Below are positions 17,122 to 25,273 of a stretch of 26,325 bases of DNA, in pieces; the first letter of the stretch is position 1, and each line of letters starts with the position of its first letter. The notes below the pieces were generated by a model, which did no database searches, was not told the DNA's origin, and worked only from the letters and a program-made list of their open reading frames with translations. The translations under genes were made by a program, and so were the position numbers. Origin of the DNA: a virus (lineage: Duplodnaviria; Caudoviricetes); the IMG/VR virus record IMGVR_UViG_3300030331_003157, positions 1-26,325 of that record; one strand, 5' to 3'.

Positions 17122-18212
17122 TGAAAAAAATATTATTTATATTATGTTTATTGATGACTTTAGGATTAAAAGGTCAAATTGACGATTTGTTTAAATTTTC
17201 GACTTTTTACGGTTCTTTGGGCGTTAACAATGCGTTATTTTCGCAGGGTCAATATGTTATGCAAAACAACCAGTTAATCGATTTAACACAAGACAATCCT
17301 TATGATTTTTCTTTAAATATAGGCATTAGAAAAATCGCTCGTTTTAAACATCAAAATAAAAAAAATAATTTTTATGACGGTTCGGAAAAATATCACACAG
17401 ATAACACTTTAATCGGAGCGGTTAAAGGTTTAGAATATAAATTCCAATTAGAAACAAAAAGACAACAAAATAGAGAGTTTAGAAATAAACATTATTTTCT
17501 TCGTTATTTATCAGACTATTATGTCATTAAAGCTGAACACTTAGAAAACGGTCTAGCAGACGTTAGATTTTATAATATTGACACGCGTTTTAGAGTTAAA
17601 ATCGGTAATAAATTAAATTTCACTTTTGGCGGTTTAAATACATGGAGACCGTTAGGTTATGAATATAACGCAATTCAGTCTTATATTGACGCGGGTCATC
17701 CTTGGTGGCAATTAGCTTTTGATTATGGCTATGAGGACCATTACTGGTATTTTGACGGAGAAGGTAACGGACAGGACGACTGGTATGATTATTACGACTG
17801 GTATTGGACGAATCCTGACGGAGAGCGTATTGCGGAGACAGACCAAGAATTTTATAAATATCATTACGGGAGAATCGTTAGGGAGTATCAGTTGGATATG
17901 CAGGACAGTCTCGGTTTAACTCATGAATTTTCATTCGCATTAGGATTGTCGTTTTATCATTATTCGGATAATTTTTGGATTCATAGTTGGACGGACGTTT
18001 TTCCGAAACGTTGGGTTAGTGACATAGACGACAATATTTCACAATATATAGAATTAAACAACGAAAGGATTGATTATAACATCGGATTAATTGTAGGGAC
18101 TAGAATCGGAAAAAACAAAAATTTCGGATTATTTGTCGAAGGCAATTACAATCAAATGTTTGAGAGAAATTGGTTTAACATAAAAACAGGAATTAACTAT
18201 TTATTTTTTTAA
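17121..18212 (+). CDS. Secreted, probable outer-membrane beta-barrel protein
   Basis: Sec signal MKKILFILCLLMTLGLKG-Q, alternating amphipathic strands, C-terminal beta-signal-like KTGINYLFF. Confidence 0.72.
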   Translation: MKKILFILCLLMTLGLKGQIDDLFKFSTFYGSLGVNNALFSQGQYVMQNNQLIDLTQDNPYDFSLNIGIRKIARFKHQNKKNNFYDGSEKYHTDNTLIGAVKGLEYKFQLETKRQQNREFRNKHYFLRYLSDYYVIKAEHLENGLADVRFYNIDTRFRVKIGNKLNFTFGGLNTWRPLGYEYNAIQSYIDAGHPWWQLAFDYGYEDHYWYFDGEGNGQDDWYDYYDWYWTNPDGERIAETDQEFYKYHYGRIVREYQLDMQDSLGLTHEFSFALGLSFYHYSDNFWIHSWTDVFPKRWVSDIDDNISQYIELNNERIDYNIGLIVGTRIGKNKNFGLFVEGNYNQMFERNWFNIKTGINYLFF

Positions 18213-18215
18213 AAA

Positions 18216-18485
18216 ATGACAAAAGAATTAAACGAAGACACAACTTTCAAATTCAGCATTAAAACTTTGATAGCTATTGGAGTTATTGTTGCTTCTTTTA
18301 TTGGCATGTATTATCAATTAAATGCAAAAATAGACGTAGCAATGGAAGAACCAAAACCCGAAGTTTCTGAAATAGAATTTACTTTAAAAGACGAAATGAT
18401 TAGAAACGAGATTTTAAATCAGAGTAAACAATTAGAGCAAATTTTATTAAGGATTGAAAGAATCGAAAATAAAGTTTATGAATAA
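18216..18485 (+). CDS. Single-TM protein with C-terminal coiled coil
   Basis: TM segment LIAIGVIVASFIGMYY, then LEQILLRIERIENKV. Confidence 0.75.
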   Translation: MTKELNEDTTFKFSIKTLIAIGVIVASFIGMYYQLNAKIDVAMEEPKPEVSEIEFTLKDEMIRNEILNQSKQLEQILLRIERIENKVYE

Positions 18486-18885
18486 ACAATTTATTGTTAA
18501 TAATATTATTTCATATATATTTATAATAGGATTTTTATTATTAAATTCTGTTTCATTATATAGTCAAGATTTTATAAATGCTAAAAGTTTTGATAAAAAA
18601 ATATCTAACGATATTGTTGTCATTGAATTTTGGGCAGAATGGAACGACAAAAATAAATTTGAAGACTTAAGCAAATTAAACGAATGTCAAAAATATAGAG
18701 TTGACATAAACGAAAACGAATCCTTAAAAGACAAATATAATATAATGGCTTTGCCGACTATTATCATTTTTAATGACGGGAAGCAAGAAAAAAGATTTAA
18801 CGCAAATATTTCTTTTGAATTAAATGCAACAAAAAAAGACATTCAAAATATTATTGATAATTTGATTTTACAAAAATTTAGATAA
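18478..18885 (+). CDS. Exported thioredoxin-fold protein lacking CxxC
   Basis: VVIEFWAEWNDKN at the WCxxC position, YRVDI, YNIMALPTIIIFNDG (cis-Pro loop). Signal-like N-terminus ending SLYS-Q. ATG 18478 preferred. Confidence 0.82.
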   Translation: MNKQFIVNNIISYIFIIGFLLLNSVSLYSQDFINAKSFDKKISNDIVVIEFWAEWNDKNKFEDLSKLNECQKYRVDINENESLKDKYNIMALPTIIIFNDGKQEKRFNANISFELNATKKDIQNIIDNLILQKFR

Positions 18886-19364
18886 TGGAGTTATTACTTT
18901 ATAGATATTCAACATCCTTAGAGTCAACATTAGGGATTTTATTTTCTTTAAATAACAAAAGAGCAGGACGAGAATTTCTTTGTTATACTATCGAGGACAC
19001 ATATAGAGATAAAAAAATAATGAATCACACAAGAATCCCGTCAGGAAAATATGAGATTAAATATAGAACCGAAGGGGGTTTTTATAATAAATATAAAACG
19101 AGATTTGCAGACATAGACAATAAAAGAGGAATGTTAGAGCTTCAAAACGTTCCAAATTTTAAATATATATTAATACACTGCGGAAACACATCAGCGGACA
19201 GCTCAGGTTGTTTGTTAGTAGCGGACAGCGTAAACAATAACCAAAACGAAAAAGGTTTCGCGGGTAAGTCGTCAATCGCATATAAAAACATTTATAAACG
19301 TCTTGCAGGACAATTAGACAAGGGAGACAAAGTTTACATTACTATTGAGGATTTTGACTCATAA
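18885..19364 (+). CDS. DUF5675-like putative endolysin (L,D-peptidase-type His/Cys motif)
   Basis: STLG, CYTIED, TRIPSGKY, VPNFKYILIHCGN...SSGCLLV; adjacent to holins. Confidence 0.8.
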   Translation: MELLLYRYSTSLESTLGILFSLNNKRAGREFLCYTIEDTYRDKKIMNHTRIPSGKYEIKYRTEGGFYNKYKTRFADIDNKRGMLELQNVPNFKYILIHCGNTSADSSGCLLVADSVNNNQNEKGFAGKSSIAYKNIYKRLAGQLDKGDKVYITIEDFDS

Positions 19365-19395
19365 AAATAATTTTAACATTTAAAAATATAAAAAC

Positions 19396-19617
19396 ATGGA
19401 TAACATTTTTGACACTTTAAACGGATTTTTCAAGGACTTCACTTCTTTATTATTTAACTTATTTGCGGTTGGCATATTAGCGGAGATAATATTCGGCTCT
19501 TTTTTTGGAGTTAATATTATCGGAAATATTGTGGGCGTAGTTAATAAACTAGGTAACGAGGGTTTTGTCGGCATTATTGCAATTTTAATTTTATTAAACT
19601 TCTTTAAACAAGACTAA
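19396..19617 (+). CDS. Small membrane protein (holin/antiholin-like)
   Basis: 73 aa, two or more hydrophobic segments, inside the lysis cassette. Confidence 0.65.
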   Translation: MDNIFDTLNGFFKDFTSLLFNLFAVGILAEIIFGSFFGVNIIGNIVGVVNKLGNEGFVGIIAILILLNFFKQD

Positions 19618-19619
19618 TT

Positions 19620-19997
19620 ATGATTTTAAATAATATATTTTCGAGTTTATTAAATAACGCAGAAGGGATTTTAGATAAAACTATTACTACCCAAAAAGAT
19701 AAATTAAAAGCGAAAGCGGAATTAAAACAATTATTAATGAACGCAGAATCATCAGCTCAACAGCAGGTCACGAGACGTTGGGAAGCGGACGCTAAAAGCG
19801 GTCACTGGTTGTCAACCAATATAAGACCTTTGATTCTTATATTCTTAACAGTTGTTTTTGTTATAATGAGCTTTTTTGACGGTAATGCAGGAGGATTCAC
19901 AATTAATGACGCTTATAAACCTATTTATCAAACGTTATTAATAACGTGTTACGGAGCTTATTTCGCGGGAAGGTCGATTGAGAAAATAAAAAAATAA
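19620..19997 (+). CDS. Holin, GTA 3TM-holin-like
   Basis: RWEAD...WLSTNIRPL, two hydrophobic helices, YFAGRSIEK. Confidence 0.82.
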   Translation: MILNNIFSSLLNNAEGILDKTITTQKDKLKAKAELKQLLMNAESSAQQQVTRRWEADAKSGHWLSTNIRPLILIFLTVVFVIMSFFDGNAGGFTINDAYKPIYQTLLITCYGAYFAGRSIEKIKK

Positions 19998-19999
19998 AT

Positions 20000-21259
20000 T
20001 TGAGAAAAATATTAAAACATAGCGAGTTTCAAGATGAGATGATTCTGTTATTTGAGCAAGGATTAAACTATACTCAGATAGCAGAACACCTCATTGAAAA
20101 ATATAACTTAAATATTTCTGCTCATTGGTTTAGAACCTCTGTTAGATATTTTATTCAAAATGGATTAACAGACAGAGAAATATTAAAAGAAAACGTTTCT
20201 CTAGCAAAATCAAATCAAAGACTCCAAGACAAAAACAGGATTAAAAATAAAGCGTTTAGAGAGGACGCAAGAATTGAAAATGCAGTCTCAGAATATAACA
20301 AAGAATTAATAAAAGTATTAAAACAAAACTCTTTTAAATTATCTAAAAAAAAATATAAAGAAATCAATCAAAAATCTGCAATGATAATTCATTTGTCTGA
20401 TTTACATTTTAACGAACTCGTTAATATATCGCATAATAAATATGATTTCAAAGTCGCGTCTCAAAGACTTTATAAATTTGCTCAAAGAATTAAAGAGCTT
20501 ATTAATTTATATAAAATAGAAAAAATATTAATTGCAAACACAGGAGACATTTTAAACTCAGACAGAAGACTTGACGAACTTTTGGCTTTAAGCACAAATC
20601 GTAGCAAAGCTACATTTTTAGCGGTTGACATATTATCTAAATTTATTATTGATATTTACGAGAACACTGAAATCCTAGAAATTAATTTCGCGACTACCAT
20701 AGGAAACGAGAGCAGGATAACTCAGGAAAATGGTTGGATTGATATTGTTGCGTCAGATAATTACGACTATACTGTTCACGAAATATTAAAAATATTATTT
20801 AGAGAGAATCCTGATATTAAATTTATTGGAGGCAATCCATTAGAAAAATTAATTAAAATAGCGGGACAAAATGTGTTGTTAATTCATGGACATCAAATAG
20901 GGAAAGCAAACTCAAACAACATGGCTAAGATAATTTCTAAATATTCTAAAAGACATATTATTGTTGATTTTATAATATTTGGACATATGCACGAATGTAA
21001 GATTTCTGACTATTACGCTCGAGGTTCTTCGTTAGTAGGAGCAAACGCTTACTCGGAAAATGCTTTAAATTTAAGCTCCAGAGCTTCTCAGAATACTTAT
21101 ATTTTATTTGAGGATAAAAGTCGAATTGACATAAGAATTGATTTACAACACACTAACTCCAAAGAATTTTATAATATTAACGATGAGTTAGCTGAATATA
21201 ACGCCAAATCTGAACAAAAGTCAAAAGTAAAATCGAAAATAATCGAGATTGTCATTTAA
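20000..21259 (+). CDS. Calcineurin-like metallophosphoesterase with N-terminal HTH and coiled coil
   Basis: SDLH, GDILNSD, GNE, HGH and GHMH motifs; N-terminal GLNYTQIAEHL; TTG start 2 nt after the holin stop. Confidence 0.85.
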   Translation: MRKILKHSEFQDEMILLFEQGLNYTQIAEHLIEKYNLNISAHWFRTSVRYFIQNGLTDREILKENVSLAKSNQRLQDKNRIKNKAFREDARIENAVSEYNKELIKVLKQNSFKLSKKKYKEINQKSAMIIHLSDLHFNELVNISHNKYDFKVASQRLYKFAQRIKELINLYKIEKILIANTGDILNSDRRLDELLALSTNRSKATFLAVDILSKFIIDIYENTEILEINFATTIGNESRITQENGWIDIVASDNYDYTVHEILKILFRENPDIKFIGGNPLEKLIKIAGQNVLLIHGHQIGKANSNNMAKIISKYSKRHIIVDFIIFGHMHECKISDYYARGSSLVGANAYSENALNLSSRASQNTYILFEDKSRIDIRIDLQHTNSKEFYNINDELAEYNAKSEQKSKVKSKIIEIVI

Positions 21260-21330
21260 TTTTTTATATTAGACCACTTAATTTCTTCATAAGTATTTGT
21301 TTGGCTTAAAAACTTTGTTTTTTTGTTGAG

Positions 21331-21361
21331 GAGGAGTGGATTCGTTCTGCTCCTCTTTTTT
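21331..21361 (+). terminator. Intrinsic terminator ending the late operon
   Basis: GAGGAGTGGA / TTCGT / TCTGCTCCTC followed by T6. Confidence 0.85.
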
Positions 21362-21379
21362 ATATAACTAACAAAATAA

Positions 21380-21454
21380 TGTTAATAACTTATTTTTAAC
21401 AATTTAGATAAAATGTTTAAAAACATTAAATTAGCATAAACAAATTACAAAACA
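21380..21454 (+). promoter_or_regulatory. Probable early-operon promoter/operator region
   Basis: -7-like TAAATTAG (21427-21434), inverted repeat AATGTTT-AA-AAACATT (21412-21427), TGTTAATAA (21380-21388), ACAAAACA leader. Confidence 0.5.
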
Positions 21455-21703
21455 ATGTATATAAAATTAAGAGAAAAATTAATTAACGATTTAAAGCATT
21501 TAGAGAAAATGTTTAAGGAATATCATGTCCCTGTTAATTTACCTTGGGACGAAATCAAAAAAGAAAAAAGAGAGATTATTTTGCAAAATTTAGTCACAAG
21601 ATTAAACACTCAATTAAACACATTTTTAAATCACAAACCGTCTTATAATGACTGGATGACTGAAATTGCAGAAGACATTAAAAAAACAAATGAAAATGAA
21701 TAA
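21455..21703 (+). CDS. Hypothetical protein
   Basis: First ORF after the terminator/promoter gap. Confidence 0.72.
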   Translation: MYIKLREKLINDLKHLEKMFKEYHVPVNLPWDEIKKEKREIILQNLVTRLNTQLNTFLNHKPSYNDWMTEIAEDIKKTNENE

Positions 21704-21866
21704 TATAGAGTTTATATATATAATTATCAGTTTTTTATGTTTAACATGTTTATTGTCTTATACTTTTTATAGTATAGGTTGGAGACAAGGTTATGACAAC
21801 GGATATGATGACGCCTACAAAGATTTTCAAAAGATTTTTAATGAATTAAAAAAAAGACATCAATGA
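21690..21866 (+). CDS. Small single-TM protein with a GxxxGYxxGY motif
   Basis: Hydrophobic N-terminus, then GWRQGYDNGYDDAY. ATG at 21690 or 21696. Confidence 0.7.
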   Translation: MKMNNIEFIYIIISFLCLTCLLSYTFYSIGWRQGYDNGYDDAYKDFQKIFNELKKRHQ

Positions 21867-22069
21867 ATTTACAAGAAATCACTACAATATCAATGCAAGG
21901 GATGTTAATTTGGAATATTATCGCATTTTTTCTCGGAATTATTATAACAATGGTTGTGTCATTATACACAACTGACTCTGTCAAAAAGCAAGAATATTTC
22001 AAAGGATATGAGGACGGAATGAATAACGCAAAACAAATTTTTAACGAAGTAATGAGAAACAATGAGTAA
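21863..22069 (+). CDS. Small single-TM protein with a YxxGYxDG motif
   Basis: TM segment, then YFKGYEDG; ATGA overlap. Confidence 0.7.
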   Translation: MNLQEITTISMQGMLIWNIIAFFLGIIITMVVSLYTTDSVKKQEYFKGYEDGMNNAKQIFNEVMRNNE

Positions 22070-22277
22070 AAAGAAAACACAAACTAACACAAGTTTAGAA
22101 ATTTTAAAAAAAATTAATGTTTTAAATAAGAGGATAAACAAACAAAGAAAATCTGTAATTAACAATTTAAAATCCTCTTTAGAGACTATTGAAAATCCTG
22201 TCTTAGTCAATGAATCTACAAAATTAGATAAATTAGAGAGAGAGAGAATTATGTTAATTAATAAATTAAAAAAATGA
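22062..22277 (+). CDS. Hypothetical basic coiled-coil protein
   Basis: Overlap-coupled on both sides. Confidence 0.65.
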   Translation: MSKKKTQTNTSLEILKKINVLNKRINKQRKSVINNLKSSLETIENPVLVNESTKLDKLERERIMLINKLKK

Positions 22278-22426
22278 TAAAGGATTTTATATTTAGATTA
22301 ATTGCTTTCGTTTTTATAGTAGTATTTTTACCTGTATTATTACTATTATTAGCGTTTGACATATTAATCCTTAATAATGACGGTAATTTTTTTACTAACT
22401 ATATAGATAAATGGAGAAAAAAATAA
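22274..22426 (+). CDS. Small membrane protein, 50 aa (not in the track)
   Basis: MIKDFIFRLIAFVFIVVFLPVLLLLLAFDILIL...; ATGA overlap. Confidence 0.65.
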   Translation: MIKDFIFRLIAFVFIVVFLPVLLLLLAFDILILNNDGNFFTNYIDKWRKK

Positions 22427-22536
22427 AAAGAACTACATATCTTGATTCTAATTGTAATTATATTATAACATATAATAAATCAAAAAATTATTATTGGAAA
22501 AAACACACTGATAAATTAATAATTAAACAAATATGA
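22411..22536 (+). CDS. Small hypothetical protein, 41 aa (not in the track)
   Basis: MEKKIKRTTYLDSNC...; its TGA overlaps the next ATG. Confidence 0.5.
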   Translation: MEKKIKRTTYLDSNCNYIITYNKSKNYYWKKHTDKLIIKQI

Positions 22537-22922
22537 GTAAAAATTTAAAAGGTCAAGAGTTCGTTAAACAATTATTTCAGGAAAACGATTTAAGTAAAAC
22601 GGACATTCATATTGACAAAACTAGAAATTTTGTAATAATAACAAGAGCAGGAATTGAAAAAATACAAGCAAAAAACAATCTAAAATGTATTTATGAAATT
22701 GTAAAATGCGAGAAAGATTTTGTTGTTATTAAATGCAATGTTTTTCAAGGAGATAAAAAAATGGTTGAAACATTTGCTTCAGCAAGTCCTGAGACATCTT
22801 ATTCTAAATATTTTGTTGAAATGGCGGAAAAAAGAGCCATGAGCCGAGGAATTTTAAAATCAATGAATTATTATCAACACGGAATCTTTGGAGAGGACGA
22901 ATTAAACGAAAAAAAATTATGA
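22533..22922 (+). CDS. Phage protein, possibly a Rad52/Sak-like ssDNA-annealing fold
   Basis: IITRAGIEKIQ and EMAEKRAMSRGILK resemble annealing-protein core motifs; sits in the replication module. Confidence 0.5.
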   Translation: MSKNLKGQEFVKQLFQENDLSKTDIHIDKTRNFVIITRAGIEKIQAKNNLKCIYEIVKCEKDFVVIKCNVFQGDKKMVETFASASPETSYSKYFVEMAEKRAMSRGILKSMNYYQHGIFGEDELNEKKL

Positions 22923-22990
22923 GACATTTAATAAAATGCTTAATAGCTTATTTTTCTTTGATAGTATTAATTTTAATAATTTTATTATAA
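22919..22990 (+). CDS. 23-aa hydrophobic peptide (not in the track)
   Basis: MRHLIKCLIAYFSLIVLILIILL*. ATGA overlap upstream; stop 1 nt before the next ATG. Confidence 0.55.
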   Translation: MRHLIKCLIAYFSLIVLILIILL

Positions 22991-22991
22991 A

Positions 22992-23327
22992 ATGTTTATC
23001 AAACATGTATTTTCATTTAAAATGCCCTCTAAATTGACTTTTAAGGGTGTATTTTTAAACGAACTGGGTAAATGGGGCGACAAGTATGATTTTGAAAAAG
23101 GATTGCAAAATTATCACAGATTTGAGCTTAACGGGAATAATGAGTTAATTGATTTTGAGGATAATATTATGGATAAATTATATAACGAAGGAGGCAAAGA
23201 GGTTTTTTATAAAGATTATATATGTAACAATAAAGGAGAAATAATAAGAGAATGTAAAGATTTTTATAAATACGATTCAACAGGAAGACCTTTGAATCAA
23301 AAAGGAGAGTTAATTAAATTAAATTAA
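22992..23327 (+). CDS. Hypothetical protein
   Basis: 111-aa tightly packed ORF. Confidence 0.7.
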   Translation: MFIKHVFSFKMPSKLTFKGVFLNELGKWGDKYDFEKGLQNYHRFELNGNNELIDFEDNIMDKLYNEGGKEVFYKDYICNNKGEIIRECKDFYKYDSTGRPLNQKGELIKLN

Positions 23328-23328
23328 A

Positions 23329-23751
23329 ATGAAAAACAATACAATTATAGAGGAGGAAATTAATATTATTAAAACCGCAGTTAATGAGTATTACGATTTA
23401 AAAGAAAAAGAAGTTTTGTCAAAAGACAGACACAGAAACGTCATGGAAGGGAGGAGATTAATTTGCTATATTTTGAGACATGACTTAGGCATGAAGTTTC
23501 AAAACATTGCTAAATGTTTAAATTTAAATCATAGCTCTGTCATATATCATTGTAAGACATTACAGGGATATTTAGACAATAAAGATAGCAAAGCGATAAA
23601 AGATTATAATTTTGTTATAAGCTCTTTAAATGCTGACAACACAACTATTGATTTGGTCAAAAACATTAAAGACATCGACAAAGACTTAAAAAGATTAACA
23701 CAAAAAAAAGATAGGTTAATAATGTTATTAAATAAAAAACAAAATATATGA
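23329..23751 (+). CDS. DnaA domain IV-like HTH protein
   Basis: SKDRHRNVMEGRRLICYILR...FQNIAKCLNLNHSSVIY matches the Bac_DnaA_C pattern; C-terminal coiled coil. Confidence 0.85.
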   Translation: MKNNTIIEEEINIIKTAVNEYYDLKEKEVLSKDRHRNVMEGRRLICYILRHDLGMKFQNIAKCLNLNHSSVIYHCKTLQGYLDNKDSKAIKDYNFVISSLNADNTTIDLVKNIKDIDKDLKRLTQKKDRLIMLLNKKQNI

Positions 23752-24272
23752 GCAAAAAAAGATTTACAGAGACCGCAAAATGGGAGGACAGTTGGTTCAT
23801 GGAGCTAACTCCAACAGAAAAGTTGTTTTATCTATATATATTAGATAGATGCAATAATTGCGGAGTTTGGGAGGTTAATTTTAGACTCGCTGAGTTTATG
23901 ATTGGTTTGCCTTTAAATCAAACAGAAATCTTAGAGAGATTTAAAAACAGGATAAAGCTGCTAGAGAACGGCAAAAAGTGGCTCATCCCTAAATTTATCC
24001 AATTTCAATATGGTCAATTGAATCCTAAATGCAAACCTCATTTAGCAGTTATTAAATTATTAGAAAAACATAATTTGTTAACAGTATTCAAAGACTTAGT
24101 TAAGGGTTACGATACACTTAAAGAAGAAGAAGAAGAAATAGTAATATACAAGGAAATAGAAAAGGATAAAAAAAAAGAGATAAATAAAAGAGATATTAAG
24201 ATTCTTAACAGTAAGATTGATTTATTAGGTGAAATTGCCGAAAATAATAAAAAAGCGTTTAACAATTTATAA
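23748..24272 (+). CDS. Putative replication initiator / replisome organiser
   Basis: KRFTETAKWEDSWFMEL..EKLFYLYILD..G N-terminal domain followed by a charged EEEEE..EKDK linker. Confidence 0.72.
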   Translation: MSKKRFTETAKWEDSWFMELTPTEKLFYLYILDRCNNCGVWEVNFRLAEFMIGLPLNQTEILERFKNRIKLLENGKKWLIPKFIQFQYGQLNPKCKPHLAVIKLLEKHNLLTVFKDLVKGYDTLKEEEEEIVIYKEIEKDKKKEINKRDIKILNSKIDLLGEIAENNKKAFNNL

Positions 24273-24282
24273 AATTATAATT

Positions 24283-24606
24283 ATGGAATTATTTGAAATA
24301 CAAGGAAAATTAATTAAGGTCGAAAACACTGTTAAAATAAGCGACAAGTTTTCTTATAGACAGTTTGTGATTGAGTTAGATAGACAATGGAATAAAGAAG
24401 TTATGATACAACTAAACAACGACAATATAGGTTTAATTGACAAAGTAGCTATTGACGACATTATAGAGATTCAATTTGACATCAATTGTAAGTCATATAC
24501 TGACAAAAAAGGTCAGTCGAAATGGTTTACTAATTTAATATGCAAAGAGTTAAGAGTAGCATATCAGGACATTGACGAGGATAATAATAATAATGATATA
24601 TTTTAA
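24283..24606 (+). CDS. DUF3127-like OB-fold ssDNA-binding protein
   Basis: IQGKLI, FSYRQFVIE, IQFDI, WFTNL, acidic tail ending DIF. ATG 24283 preferred. Confidence 0.82.
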   Translation: MELFEIQGKLIKVENTVKISDKFSYRQFVIELDRQWNKEVMIQLNNDNIGLIDKVAIDDIIEIQFDINCKSYTDKKGQSKWFTNLICKELRVAYQDIDEDNNNNDIF

Positions 24607-24609
24607 AAT

Positions 24610-24675
24610 ATGGAAGCAGTAACATTTGGAATTATAGTATTAACATTCTTAGGAATAATAATAATATCAATATGA
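24610..24675 (+). CDS. 21-aa hydrophobic peptide (not in the track)
   Basis: MEAVTFGIIVLTFLGIIIISI*; ATGA overlap with the next ORF. Confidence 0.55.
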   Translation: MEAVTFGIIVLTFLGIIIISI

Positions 24676-24824
24676 GTTCAGAAATAAAATTAATAACCAC
24701 ATTACAAGAAGACAATAACCAGTTAAGAAAAGAAAACGCAGAACTTAAAAAAGAACTAGAATCTTATGAAAAGAAAAAAAGGTTTTGGCAGTTTACTTTT
24801 TCTATTAGAAACATATTTAAATGA
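24672..24824 (+). CDS. 50-aa coiled-coil protein (not in the track)
   Basis: LQEDNNQLRKENAELKKELE heptads; ATGA overlaps at both ends. Confidence 0.65.
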   Translation: MSSEIKLITTLQEDNNQLRKENAELKKELESYEKKKRFWQFTFSIRNIFK

Positions 24825-25009
24825 TATATAAAGGAGAACAATATTATCTATTAGAAACATCAGGGAGACTGGAATGTCTAAGGAAAAAAGCTAGGCTGTT
24901 AAAGTCAGGTTATAAAGCTAGAGTAAAACGCGAGACAGGTTTTTCTTATGATTTTGAATTGTGGTGTAATAAAAATTTAAACAATGAGAGTAGTAGTAAC
25001 AAAAGTTAA
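24821..25009 (+). CDS. Hypothetical protein
   Basis: Coupled 62-aa ORF. Confidence 0.65.
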   Translation: MIYKGEQYYLLETSGRLECLRKKARLLKSGYKARVKRETGFSYDFELWCNKNLNNESSSNKS

Positions 25010-25268
25010 AAAAGAACGTTCTAAATATGGAGACATATTTTATTATGTTTTTTTTAAAGATAGAGAGGGCAACAGCTATAAGTCTTGTATTTATCCTAAA
25101 ATGAGGAATTATACAAATTGGATAGGTAAATTAAAAGCGGGTTTAATGTTAGACAATATAAATGTTAAAATGTCAAATAAGAAATTAATTGACGCAGACA
25201 GCAAACCAATTGTATATAAGGATTTAACTTTAATCAATCCTGACTTAAAACAAATAAAATTATTTTAA
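24984..25268 (+). CDS. Hypothetical beta-rich protein
   Basis: 94-aa ORF ending QIKLF. Confidence 0.7.
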   Translation: MRVVVTKVKKERSKYGDIFYYVFFKDREGNSYKSCIYPKMRNYTNWIGKLKAGLMLDNINVKMSNKKLIDADSKPIVYKDLTLINPDLKQIKLF

Positions 25269-25273
25269 ACAAA

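Noticed and set aside
17719-17919. Nested ORF in the barrel gene as an embedded o-spanin
   Set aside because: No signal peptide or lipobox Cys near its N-terminus, and a weak TTG start.
18454-18885. Active thioredoxin auxiliary metabolic gene
   Set aside because: CxxC is absent.
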